Origin: Antedon mediterranea
Taxonomy: Eukaryota > Animalia > Echinodermata
Direction: 5' to 3'
Assembly: GCF_964355755.1 (NCBI RefSeq)
Contig: NC_092671.1
Location: 17,422,001-17,486,000 of the forward strand
Length of the DNA: 64,000 bases
In this document: positions 50,621 through 64,000 of the stretch, one piece after another
Position numbering within the stretch: the first letter of the stretch is position 1
How the letters are laid out: each line of letters begins with the position of its first letter
Translations under genes and position numbers: made by a program
Notes under the pieces: generated by a model
What the model was told of the DNA's origin: nothing
Database searches by the model: none
What the model saw: the letters and a program-made list of their open reading frames with translations, nothing else

Positions 50621-53225
50621 GGGGTTTGGTTCGGTTTCTAAATGCTAGTGCATTATTAAAATACTGTAAAGGCATCAAACACCTACAGAAAAAAAATTCC
50701 ATGATTGATATTAATTTTCTTATTTCATTTTGATTAAAGTTATTTTTTACATGTCTGTATTTTTCTAATTTTCAAGTGTATATATTGCAGAAAACAGGAT
50801 ATTGTTGGTAAACAGACCGATTGATATATAATAACAATTTTATTTCCGCAATTAACTGATATTTTCTTCAATAAAAATTCAATTCAATTTTGTTAGGTAT
50901 CGATACAATTATTAGGACAAATATCTGCATAAACAGGCCATACATTATCTAAATACAATATAGGTTGATACGCTATGTTGTGGATAAGTACTATAAAGCC
51001 ATTGCATATTTGACATTTTATGTTTAGCAAAGATAGGCATACTTGAACATATCAAAAGCATGCTGGCATTATAACTAGTGACAGATAATACAAAGGTCTG
51101 ATGTTATGTTACTGCCTATTTTACTATCATCAAGAAAAGATAGTGGAGGAGGTCCCTGGAAATTATTAAATACCTATACAGATACAGTATGTAAAGGTCA
51201 AGAAAAACTCTAATAGTATTTTCTGCTATAAAAGATTATTATAAACCCTTTTAGATTACCAAGTTGTAAAATGTATAATATTTCATTATCAAAGATTTGA
51301 TTTTTCTTTCAAGATTTGTTTATAAAATAGCTGTTCAACAACCTACACCAAAAATGGCTAAATATAGCCAAACTACTTCCTAAATTTAACTTAACCTAAC
51401 CCTCAAAATAATCTCTCTCACTATAAAGTCAAACAAAGTTGCTCATGGGATTCGAAACCCATACATTGACATGCAGTGTCCATAGCCTAATCCATTTGAC
51501 TATACAGACAGCTTGAAAGAAAGCGTTTGCATAATAGCGAATTGGTCAATTCTTAACACCTTGGATATGACTACCGTAAATGTTTTTTTTATGTCGTTTC
51601 ATGAGGGAACCCAATTTATGTACGAAAAGAAATATTGCTACCACCAGGGTACACACTTTAAAATTCAACTGTATAAAATGTTCAAATAGAATGACTTGCA
51701 AAACAATTCACAATGGATTTGACCAAAAATAAACTGCATTGCATTACAATGAATAGAATGTTTTAATATATTTATAGAAAAAAGTGTAAACAATTGTTTC
51801 ACAGAAACCTATAAGGATTTCCTATCCACGTAACAATCAACGTCATTCAAAAGAAGCAATATATTGTTTTCCTCTTATGTAGCGAATGAGAGCCAGGTGA
51901 ATAGGAATTAATTTGTAACCATTTATATCTTTGTATGTATTTATTTGAATAATTGCCCTGGGATGTTTATGTTTCAATAAGATTTTTAGGAGTATGGGCA
52001 TTTATTTTTTTGCGTGTAATGGTAACATGTATTTTAATAGCAAATCAATTTCAAAATATAACACATTAATATCAAAAAGTGATAAAATACAGTAAAAATT
52101 ATAAAAAAAATGCTTGGTAAATTGTAGATCATGAATAGAAATGTGATATAACAGTATCATGGGTATGTATGCAAGTGGTAAGGCGTTATTCAAAGAAAAA
52201 AATAAAAGCCTTGGGCAGTTATTTTAGGGGGTGTTTGTCCAAAGCAATTTATTCAAAATAAATATGGTACACAATATAATTTGTCTATTTTTAGTCTTTG
52301 GTTAAACTATGGACATCAGTGAAATAGTTTTAAGTTAAAAGGCCCATTTTAACCAAAAACTCCCAGGGTAAAATTAGTGTGAGCAAATACTAGTAAATAA
52401 TTAAATATTTAAAAAATTGATAATCTATAGTCTAAATATAATATTATTGTAATCATTTTTTAATATTGATTGTATTGTAATTTTATGATCTTGTAAACTC
52501 ATTTTTATATGATCATTTTTTTATTTTATGTTTATTGTTTAAAAAAAAATGATCTTGAGAATAGAATTGAGATAGTTCATTAATTGTAAACCAGTATTAA
52601 TTTAAGTTACGTGTCAATGACAGTTTCGTCAAGCTGATAAACTTTGACTTTGATTAGCCTATACTAACTCCTGTTCTACTCTACTTTAATCTGTTCTACA
52701 GATTGTATGTTTATAAATAATAAATTCAAATTAAATAAACAACTAATTCAAATACAAAGACTTGAACCTATGCCTTCCTTTTCTGCAATATAGAAACACC
52801 TTTTTGGTTTTTACTCTCGTTAACCATTTTGTGGCCGACAATCAATTAAAGTTATTGCTTTAATTAATCAAACTGTTGAAATATTACAAAGCTGAGAGTC
52901 TGGACATTTGTTATTGTAATACACTCCATTAACACAGTTGGTCTGTGTACACCAGTAGTAACTCAATAGAGCCTATGTACAGGTCATTTAATATCATTGT
53001 TATCCCGTTGATAAAACACTCAACTTCACAGCATGTAAAACCAATGAAAATCAATATAGCTAGTGGTTGTTAACAAGAACAATACTAATGTGTAAATCAC
53101 AAAGGCTTTCCAAATAGCTCAGTTTAATTTTTGATCAATATCTGTACCTTTTGTAAAATTATTTATATTTTTAAGGTTTGCAGCAGACTAACTGTAGTGA
53201 AGTGGGTGGCTACCAGTATTGGGAA

Positions 53226-53375
53226 ATGAGAAAAGTTGGTACAAACAATAACATGAGAAAAGTTGGTACAGCAACATGAGAAAAGTTGGTACAATAACAT
53301 GAGAAAAGTTGGTACAGTAACATGAGAAAAGTTGGTACAATAACATGAAAAAAGTTGATACAGTAACATGAAAAA
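53226..53375. repeat. ~23-bp tandem repeat, ~6 copies
   Basis: Unit ACATGAGAAAAGTTGGTACARYA. Confidence 0.92.
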
Positions 53376-56300
53376 TAAAGGTCTTCCATCAACAAAATAA
53401 CTTAATAGCTATGTAAATTTTAAACTTTTAAATCGATAGCACTGTCTTGGTTTGCTGGTAGTAACTTTTAAAAAAAGTCAAGCAGAGGTACTTTAGTCTT
53501 CATCTACAAATTCATTATGTTGACTGTAGAATTAATTCAATACCAACAATTCACTTGCTTGCTAGTTACAGTAGGCTTCTCGTTTTACAAATAACAATGT
53601 TTTGCTAGTGGATAAAAAATGTACTGTAGCATTATTATCTTTATCATCATCATCATCATTTATGTATTCAAAATTAACATGTACCGGTACTAAAAAGGCA
53701 AACCCTCATTGCGCAATAAAAAAAAAAATGAAAATCATCAAAAATCATCAAAAATGCCAATATTTACAGTATCTCACATGATCTACAGTAATTGCATGCA
53801 TATTTGGAAAATCCATTAAAACTGACAAAACAATTTGTTCTGGAATTGCTAAAAAAAAAGGAAGGAAGTGGGAATATAATATAGATTGGATCTAGTTATT
53901 TGAAAATTTGTTTAATTTAGTAAAATATAAAAACAGTAAAGGGTTAAAAAAAATATTAAAATAGTTTTTCAATGTATGTGTAGCAACCACCTATAGTACA
54001 GTATGTCACAACAGAGACTGATTAAAAATCACCTTTTTTTAAACAGATTTTTTAATAGGAAACTCCTTCAATGAGATGAGTCAACGAAGTTACGTTATCT
54101 GTGAAATGCAGTAATTCATTTTAACACACTCATAATCATACAACCTCAAGCTATGGTGCAGTGTGTAATGCTTTAAAAAGAAAGTCCTATCTTACACTGT
54201 TACCACAAATGGAGTTTTTGTGACGTTGAAAAAATAGTTAATAATACTGAAAGTGTCCTCTACAGTACTTTACAGTTGTTAATAGCAATCAGTCCAGAGC
54301 CATAAAAAGTTACGACATTGGGTTAAAGTCATGTGATACACACCGGAGCAAATTGTGTCAAAATTGTCTCGGTTTCTTATATCTTAACAAATTTAATTGC
54401 ACATTTGAAAGTGAATTATCGATGTGCCAACTACATCGTATTAATAACAATTATGTAATTAAAGTGTGCTGACTAAACAAAATAATAAAGTATTGTGGAT
54501 ATATTTATTATATTAAACATTAATGGCAAATCATCACAAATGAAATGAAATTTGATAATGTTGGTAGGGCAGTTTGTGTCAAAGGTGGTTCTAATCAATC
54601 TAATGTCGTAACTCCTTATACTATATGGCTTTGAATCAGTCAACACCAATTCCCCCTCCCCAAGGCAACTTTAGGAGTCTCCCGGTCCGGTAACTGTTAC
54701 TGTACCAACCCAGAAGTAGTGACCAAAAAACAACTACAAACGATAGGCTTACCAAACGTTGTACAGTAGTTAATTGGTTGAGACGTCCTTAAACTATAGC
54801 TTCGGGAAAGCTGTTTAATTGGCAGTGTAAATAATGCAATTATCATATTATTAATAATTAAATTACATGCTAAGTGAAAATCAGTTCATTTGGTAACCTG
54901 CTTTCTCATCGCATTAATACATTAATCAAACAAGTAGATGGACTTGATATACTTTATACTTTGGGTACAGCAAAGTCACTTTACAGTTATAAAAATTTAT
55001 TCACCTACAGGGAATATTTTTGCCAGTGTAGCATAGCAAAAAGCTATACAAAACAACCTTATTGCTACACATTTCTAAAATTGTGTAGCAAAAAAGACAA
55101 TACAAAACTATGTTTCTCGACTAAAAAATCAGTTTGATTAGCAATAATTGCTAAACAAAATTTTAAAATGAAATTTTTCCCTGACCTATTTATTAGTTTA
55201 AAAAGCAGAGGTCTGAAATTTTACTACTGTAACTAACAAGATAAAAGATAAAATACAGTATACTTTGTTGTCACATAACTGATTGTACATGAACAACAAA
55301 ACTAAAATGCTTAGAAACAGATAGGTGTGGTGGCGTGTTTGTGTAAGTTTTAATAGAATTTTGTTGGTTGAACAAGAACAAGTAAAAGATACTTTCCCTG
55401 TCCATTAATAAAAGTAATTAAAACAATTTTAAAACTTACAACAATTTATTGAGTCAGCCCAGCAAGGGGTTGAAAACATTCCGAGTTTGTAAACAACCAT
55501 GTCCTTTAATAATAAACCTCTAGGCACCTATGTAATTACTAAATATCCTGTAAGCAGGGTGTTACTTTAAGAACAGTTGCTGTCATCAGCCAGTAATACT
55601 GTACATTCCGCAAAGAACTTGATTTTCAATTTCTGATTCTTTCCCCAAAGTCACTCTGCTCGAAAAGAGCAGAAAATTAAATCAGCAATTTAAAATAATT
55701 TACAATACATACAGTAAAAAACAGAATCATTCCAGGTAAACATCTTAAAATAAGATCCAAATTATTAATTTCACTTCACTTCATTTATTTTTGTCTCCAT
55801 AATATATATACAATATTAAAAAGCGTGGACAAAGAACAAGAAAACATCACACAAAACAGGCAGAGCCAGGATTCCTAAAAATCGTACTTAACAACTACCT
55901 ACAGTAGTACTAATACTAACAGTCTCCTAATTGTATATAAAACATTTAGAATATAATTTGTATAAACATAAACAAGCGTCGCTGGGGTTATATCTGTAGC
56001 GTTAGTTAGGGTATGTCAGTACTGTAGCTGTGGTTAATAACGGCAACGACGTGGGGGTAGTTACTGTAGGTGCATTAATAACGCCACTAGTTCACACGTA
56101 AAAGGAGTACAGTAGGCTACGCAAGGCGTAAGCCAGCCTTACGCAATAAGTGTGAACACCCTCAAAGTAGGCCTAAATACAATCTGACGAAATGTGTAGT
56201 TTCTTTTTAAATAAATATCAAAATTGAAGGCCAATTAATTATCCAATTTCAACAAGTTTTATCTAGAAGCCTCTGTGGTCTAATGAAATTTGCCTTGTCA

Positions 56301-56966
56301 CCAAGAGGTCACAGGTTCTAAGCCGGTCAGAGTCATTTTATCACACAGGGACCACAGTCCCTTGTTAGCTACAGTATAACACACTACACTAAACCATTGT
56401 TAAGTAAGTTACAAGATACCAGTTAAACACTAAATGTAGTTATTACTGTATTTTACGTTTGTTTAAATCTATCTTATTTATAGGTACAGTTAATATAGTG
56501 TACTGTATAGCCTACAGCTTTGGGAACTACTGTCTTGCGGGGCACACTGTATTAAACTACTGTGTAGTAGCCTTAGATTAGGAAGGGTACAGTTAGTTAA
56601 TTTAAAGGAATTAGTTTATATAATTCCTCAATATTTACACTAATCTTCTTTATATTTTAAATCCATTACAGTGCATCAGCAAATATAGATTTCTTGTCAA
56701 AAAGCCAAGGTTTTTACTTATGGTATAGTACTGTATACCAGGAAAAATGAATGCCAATCATACAGGAAGGGTTCTGTACACACTGTAATATTGAAATTTA
56801 AAACAAGGAAGTTACATGATAATGGTATTATTATATATAATTGAAAATTGAAACATTCAACAGAAAGTGTTAATGTCTTTACAGTTGAAGTTTGTATTGA
56901 AAAGGTTTATTATAACAGTGTTACTGTTACTGTAATTGCACCAGCCAATTGAAATGATTACATTAA

Positions 56967-58826
56967 CACTTTGACTGCCAGACGTTTTTCCAGTTAGAAA
57001 CTGCCACCGCCATCGTTTTTAGCTCAATTCAATGTTTTTAAAGGCTGGTTGAAACTATGTATGTAATCTGATTTAGCTTTACAATGGTACCAAGAATGAT
57101 TTTCAAATCGCAATATGTAAATCGTAATAGAAAAATAAAAGTAACCCACTTTTTTATTTTTTTGTAGTTTCGCGCAAGAAAGTCGAGGTATTCGAAAATA
57201 TGGCCCGGTGAGATCAACAAACAACGAAAAAGTTACTTACTGTACATGGCAACGATAGTAGGCCTATAAAAACTAGTTATCACTATCGAAAAATGTATTA
57301 CATTTTATAAATCATAAATCTTACATCAATGTTTCGCCAAAATCCACATAGTAAAGACACCAGGCCTGGTTAACCAGGCCTAAAGTTGCTCCGGAACCGT
57401 TTTACGACTAGGCTAGTACTACTAGCCTAGTAAACTGATGATAATATCAATACCATTTCTAAACAAGTTTGCTGCGTGAAACTCGGTCACTTACCTTACA
57501 GTGAAACACCAAAACAAATAGGGTATACATACAATAATAAAATTAAAGACTTCATATTGAAAATGACTCCATTATTTTTTAATATTCAGACAACAAACAA
57601 ACATGCCAATCCACAAAAACCTTTGTAATGCTTCGGCGGCATAGCTAGCGCGCGACCGATACACAATGCGCCAAGCCATCGCTTTACGCGCTACTGTGAT
57701 GCGCGGTGTATGTTATTTCGACAGGTACCATTTGACAGTCGTTCGTAACCAGATTAGTTACTTTCAAATAGTAAAATATTGATGGTCCAGACCAAATATA
57801 CAGTACGTATTTTCCGGAGTATAGGTCGACCCCAAGTATAAGTCGACCCCCAACTTTGGCCTAGAATATCGTTGATTTTGGTATGACCTGAATACTGTAT
57901 AAGTCGACCCCCAAAATCGGCTAATAACACAACTTACTTTAAAGTTCAAAAAGGGCTAGAAATGTATGAAATGTGGTTGGTTGTTTATATTATTAAAGTG
58001 TAGGCCTAATCAATATCGGACGGACGAATGGCGACGACTTCGCCGCCGTCTTTACCAGCCTATAATAAATGACAGCGATGTAGCGTTACTTGCCATCAGC
58101 GATGTTTTTCGCGTCACTCGAATAAATTAAAACGAGTTTTCCGTTAGGAGGCTTATTAATTGTACAGACGAGTAGTTGTAAATCGCGTTATCTGTAAAAT
58201 GTACACGCGCCCGACTAAGGAGAATTTATTTTATGAATAGACATGCGCAGTAATTGTAATTACGAACAAACAAACAAACTGTGCATGTGTATAGATGAAA
58301 ATATCGCGCAATAACAAACATGCTGCATTGGGACATTCCGACGTCTGTGGTGTGTGTTACGATGTTTTCGCGAGAGTGAATAAAGAAGCATAAAGAAAAC
58401 TATTTATTCTTAATTATCTTAAAAGCGTAATATTAACATCAAAATGAGTCATTGTGATATATTAATATTTTATTGACCAGTACTTGTTGGAGTTGTATTA
58501 TTTTGTACAATGTAGGTATTAAATTGAAAACTTCTGTGAGTGATTGATGATAGGCCACTGTCACTGACCTTGCTGGGCCTTGACAGCTGACGGCTTTTGA
58601 ACATATTTTTTCGGCCTGATTTTTTTTAAAAATCGCATGGTCGGAGTATAAGTCGACCCCCCGATTTTGCAATTAAAATTTTCCCACAAAGTCTCGACCT
58701 ATACTCCGGAAAATACGGTAGTGTCCATATTTATAGTATATACCAATAATTAACCTATCTACTGGATTTCGTAAAAAAAGATCTTCGTGTTTGGCAGTCA
58801 AGCGTTGTGTTTTCAAACACAAAGTG
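56967..58826. mobile_element. Non-autonomous piggyBac-like element
   Basis: TTAA-CACTTTGACTGCCA...TGGCAGTCAA[insert]AGTG-TTAA; CpG-rich interior. Confidence 0.65.
57806..58718. mobile_element. pogo/Tc1-mariner-like non-autonomous element nested in the piggyBac-like element
   Basis: TIRs CGTATTTTCCGGAGTATAGGTCGA / TCGACCTATACTCCGGAAAATACG, TA on both sides, internal GTATAAGTCGACCCC repeats. Confidence 0.85.
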
Positions 58827-59444
58827 TTAAAGTGGAAATCAAAAGTACAAAATGAAATGTTTTGGTTACATACTGTACATGCAATCTATGTTGTGTCTAC
58901 AGTACAGTAACTTACTGGATAAACCAACATTAGCCACAATATGTGTTACGGTTGCAATACTATCATACTGTATATGTCAAGTCCTACGCATCTGGTTCAA
59001 CCTCAAGCTCTCATGCCATGCCAAAATATCATGCTTTTTCATCAATAGATCAATCGATCGATTTTTAATCAATTCTTTTTTAATATCATCAGAATTATAC
59101 TGATCGTAGGTCAAAACAACATAAAAATCCTTTTTTTGGACGTTTCAACCCAGTCAGTCAAGATGTTTTGTCCCAATTAAAAGGTAACAAAAAATGGTTG
59201 GGAGATGGGTTGGAGTCATAATTGGGAAATCTCAAGACAGTAGCAACATCAAACTTGACATGTATCTACTATACTAATCTAAATATTCTTAGGATACAGA
59301 GTATGTACATAAAGGTATACACTGAATGGTGTTGGAATGATCATAATCAGACTCAGTCAGTACAATTAAGTTTGATACTGTTCTGTTCTAAGGTCTCTCT
59401 AATAGTAATACAGTACACAAAGTACAGTACTTCAAATCAATAGT

Positions 59445-59605
59445 AGTCTTAGTCTACACTGCAAAACTTTATGTGACAAAAAAATGTGATGTGCCCATAT
59501 ATGGACAAGATGATGTCATATCACTATCATATTTGGGCATATCACTACCTTATTTGGGCACATCACACTTTTTTTCTGTTATAGTTTGATAGTGTAAACA
59601 GAGCT
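59445..59605. mobile_element. Harbinger-like MITE family A, copy 8
   Basis: Near-consensus core; ends GTGTAAACAGAGCT-TTA. Confidence 0.85.
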
Positions 59606-59810
59606 TTAGAACAGTACTGTATCATATTTGTACTAGAAGCATACAGTACTTTTAGTACTGGACGGCAATAAGGAAATACAACTGAAACTACAGTTTTATA
59701 TTGAATGTGAACAAAGCAGTAAGAACCTGTAAAAAATGTTGTACAATGAACCTCGCTGACACAATAAACATTAATGCTTTGTTTGTTTTATAGCTAACAA
59801 CAGATTGCCT

Positions 59811-60035
59811 CACCTCACCTTATAAAATGCTAAATATAGCGAGAAAAAGGAAATTGCAGAATTTTGCATCACCTCACCTTATAAAATGCTAAATATAACG
59901 AGAAAAAGGAAATTTCAGAATTTTGCATCACCTCACCTTATAAAATTCTAAATATAGCGAGAAAAAGGAAATTTCAGAATTTTGTTTCACCTCACCTTAA
60001 TATACTCTAACGAGGAAAGGGAAATTTCAGAATTT
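59811..60035. repeat. 59-bp tandem repeat, ~4 copies
   Basis: CACCTCACCTTA starts at 59811, 59870, 59929, 59988. Confidence 0.95.
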
Positions 60036-60728
60036 AAATTTGATACTGTACAGCTAACTCTTAAAAATAGTCGCTTTTATGTGAAACTCTCCTTAAATGT
60101 GAGGTCCGCCAAGATGTACCGTACTATAGCTATTAAGTATTATGTGAGCTAATGTAAGCTATAAAATACTGTAGCGAAATAAAAATGCGCTTCTTTCCAT
60201 GTTTGACACTACTGTAGCCTGGTTGACCTAAAAAAGGTACCATCTGAAATTGTGTGTCTACTATAATCAGTAAGATCCCAGGGTTCAACAATTAACACAT
60301 CTTCTTCATTCACAAATAATTTATGTTATTTTATTTATTCACGTCAAACAAGTCTGTGCGCCAATTAGAGGCCTCAATATGGATGAACTATAAACTATAT
60401 CATTTTTATAAGTCTAATTTGAAGCTTGGTAGTTAAGCTATTTAACAGTCGTAAGTACTGTAGAATAGACCCTTGGAACTACACTACAGTAGGTCAGGAT
60501 TGAACCCTAGACCTTGGAATTGGAAGGCATGCATGTAAACACAAGCTACAGCTCCACTACAACGCCATACTTTGTCACTATTATCCTAATTTACCATGAA
60601 AAACAGTATTTACCCTTTGACTTCTGGTCCATTCCTAGATCCCCACAGGGAAAAAAAATAATTTTGAAAGTGCACAAAATGTATGCTTTTTATTAATAAA
60701 ACAATAAAATATATAGAAAAGAACTTAC

Positions 60729-62391
60729 CTTGATTTTCTGGTAGACTTGATAAATCTTTAGGTTGTATTGGTAGATAGCAATTTGGTCTATTTGTTTGTT
60801 CACTAATATCTGGAACTTTTTCAGTGGGAATATCGGGAAGCGGTCGTACAGATTGTCTTTTGCCATTAATTACACTGGGACGCTTAAATCTAAAAATTTG
60901 CGAAAAGCGTGTTTTGAAAGGCATGGTTGAAGATTTTAAAGAATCTTTTGAGTCCGACGTCAAACCTGGAGGCCTCGGTAAAGATTTAGTTTTTCTTGCT
61001 GTGTCCGAACCCTCTAAAAAGTGTTCCATAGTAACATGCGTATCATCATCACTATCCATATCGTCGATATCATGCAGCATATCAAAGTCAAGAAATGATA
61101 GTCTAGGTGGAACAGGGGGTGGTGGAGATGGTGGAACAGGATCAGAACAGCTCATAGCAGCTTGACAACTTCTTACACGAGTCAGTGTGGGTTTTGTTTT
61201 CCTATCAATTTTTGGTGGTTCCAACAGATGGTCTACTCTCATTTCTTCCGATTTGTCATCGTCTTTGAATGAGATTGCATTCGTATCCAATGCATCTTCA
61301 TCTCTAACACTTCTTACTTCTCCACAATCTTCTAATTTACCGCTAACCATATTGTCTTTTTCAATATTATTATCTATATACTCAATTCCAGATCGCGATT
61401 TAAATTGTTTTTCAAGCGCAAGTTCGAGCCTGACATCCTCTTCTGTTAAAATCTCCGCGATGAAGGGTGTGTTGGTACACTTTTCATCAACATCCCCTCG
61501 CGACGAGCGTTTTATCAGAATAGGCAATACATTGCCAGTATTATCGTGATCTACTTCCGTGATTTTGCTCATCGATTCATTTGTTATCTCTTTTAAACTA
61601 TCAGTTTCACAATCCATTTCTGGTGTAGCTAATTGGGGTGAAAGGTCATCGTGAGCTACAGTTTCTTCCATTCTGTCATCAGGATTTTGGTTCTTTTTAA
61701 TTTTAATATGGGATACAAATACATTTGAAGTAGAACTACGCTGACAGCTAATAGAACCTTGTTTATAATTTGTGATTGACGTTGGCGGACAAAGCTGCTG
61801 CGGTTCATTTTCTGTTACATTTGAAAGACCTTTGACCCACGCTTTTGATGCATTTAATTCTTGGTTACTCAAAGAGTTTATGTGTGTTGAAGAGTACACA
61901 TTTTCATTAACAGAACAGTTAATCTGGGGTGGTTTCCCTTTTGGTCTTGCTCCTTGTTTTTCATAATCAGCCTCATTTTCATTGTTGTCCTTTTCTCTGG
62001 GCGTATTAATTGCGCCATAATGCGAGACCACCATGTGCCTCTCTTCAAGCAAATCCCCATCCTCATTAGCTGTTGCATAAATTTCTGAGGAATCGCATGT
62101 AATCTCATTAACATTCATATATTCAGCATTTTCATTAGATGAACTTTCACCTTTCATTAAGGCTAGATTATTTGTAGATTCACCATCCAGGTCTTTCCTA
62201 CATGTTCCAAATCCATTCATTATCACACCCTGGTCATCACCTAATGATGTCAACATGTCTCTTTTTGAATAATAAATGGATTTATCATTTTTTGCCCGGT
62301 TGATTGTATGTCGGATTCTTTTCAGGAAGCCAATTGTAGATTTTCTATCTGTAGTTCCAGAAATTTTAAGTGATTTCTTTGATGCAAACAT
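60729..62391 (-). CDS. SOCS7: SOCS7 first coding exon: 554-codon, probably disordered N-terminal region
   Basis: Long ORF; CAAG|GTAAGT donor in phase 1, matching exon 50097-50206; acceptor at 62418 with in-frame TAA before the ATG, so a 5' UTR exon lies further upstream. Spliced CDS 2271 nt (756 aa). Confidence 0.85.
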
Positions 62392-64000
62392 CTTTCGGTT
62401 GTTTTAGCAAATTAAACCTGCCAATATAAAAACAGTATAAAACAGTATAAATTTAAAACAATAGTTTATGAAACTAAAACATGTACAGTACTGTAATTAT
62501 TTCCTTTGTTTGTTGTATCATAAAGAATAACACAAACTAATACATTATTTTTATAACATACTGTAGGTATTTAACAAGGTTAACTAAAAATTATATTAAA
62601 CTTATATATTGTACATACAGTACAGTAATAATAACAAGAAATGTTTGTTAATACTGTATAAACATGTGAATAGACACACTGCAGCCATGCAATACAGGAG
62701 CTCACAGAATCAGTTTCAGTCTTCGGTCCTGGAACCACCAAAATTGAATTTGTACTCATGTAGGGCAACTTTTAGTTTGCAGTTTAAAAAAAGATTACAA
62801 TATTTTGCCACAATTTGGCTACCAAGAAATTGAGAGGACAACTATCCAGTACTAGTATCTGAGATTTGGGCAATTAAGAAAATCTGTCTACAGTATACTT
62901 TGTTATAAAGATCCTTGTAAAGGACATGGATAAAAAAAACCTACTAAAACATGGCTTTTAGATTTAAGAGTTAAAACTAAACAGGAAATGGCCTACTGTA
63001 TTGTCACTTTACAGTACATGACAAAAGTGTTATTTCAATCCATTGTACAGTTTAAGCTTTTGAAAACTTACATACAGGAGTTTATAACAAAACATTAACA
63101 AACCATGACTAAAATAAAATATTACTGGATACAATGTTCTTGAATTATTAAACTGGTTGTTTTATTTTTATACAGTTTATAAAATAAATATCAAGAATCG
63201 ACTTACAAGTTTCATTGTTTTGTAATGAAAAAAAGAAAGAAAATCTTTACATTTAAAATGGACAAATAAAAAATAGTTTGTTGTACTCTGAATGACCATT
63301 TTAACCATAACTTTACATTTGATCTAATTTAAAATTAAATTACTATTATGATGATCTGTTAAGTACTATAGGCTTTGTATGATAAAATTCAACTTTAATG
63401 CGAAATCAGGAAGTGTTAATTAGCTTTTATACTACAAATAATGCTTTTGAGCTTATAACTTTTGATGTTTTCTGCGGTGGTCTACTGCAAACAGGATAGG
63501 GATTAAATTTTAAATTTAATTTAATTTTTTTGAATCATAAATTTAATAACAAATCCCTACAACGCAATTGTTTTCCGAAAGCACAGGAAAACGTGACCAT
63601 AGTTAATTCTAATAGAATGTTTTGTTATTATACAGTACAGTAAACTCTCCCAATACCAGACACCTTTGGGCTGGCCAAGTACAGTACACATGTCTGGTTT
63701 TCCGGAAAGTCTGGTATTCAGAATGTGTTCTTAATGGTAAAAATGAATTTGGGACCTTTTGGAAAAAAGTCTGGTTTTGGGAGAGCAAGAGTTGTATTTT
63801 ATTTATTTAATGCATTGATTCAATGGTATTAATTGCTTATTTGATATATTTGTTTAACTTCTCAATTCTGTAATTTTATTTCATCGAGGTGTTAGTTTTG
63901 ATTTGAGATGGTTTCTATTTCCTTAGTCTTTTTGTTATTACATTCAATAGCCCTGTGGAGAGCATGGGCTATTGTAGGTTCATCCAGGTAAGCTACTATA

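Noticed and set aside
51430-51512. tRNA-like sequences here and at ~15250, ~56288, ~60470
   Set aside because: Only degenerate A/B boxes, no cloverleaf; best explained as SINE heads.
60824-61966. Plus-strand ORFs 60824..61165, 61187..61549, 61772..61966
   Set aside because: Antisense shadows of the large SOCS7 exon, with non-ATG starts.

Overview
AT-rich, intron-containing animal genomic DNA (an invertebrate; the species cannot be determined here), so no operons or CRISPR. Three protein-coding loci: (1) a complete 11-exon GMPPA (mannose-1-phosphate guanyltransferase alpha, + strand, ATG 29697). It has two intact, diverged, tandem copies of its last coding exon (35777-35877 and 37265-37365), predicting two 421-aa isoforms with different C-terminal 33 residues. 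This is the most notable observation. (2) A SOCS7-type SH2/SOCS-box gene on the - strand (4 coding exons, 62391 to 44984, 756 aa) with a long N-terminus rich in adaptor-binding motifs. (3) The 5' part of an unidentified - strand gene head-to-head with GMPPA, seen as up to five candidate alternative ATG-containing exons that all end in phase 2. The rest holds non-autonomous DNA transposons (Harbinger-, Kolobok-, piggyBac-, pogo- and Helentron-like), LINE/SINE remnants, minisatellites and several short palindromes, some with the 17+17 bp geometry of P-element excision footprints. All coordinates were derived by hand; no database searches were run.
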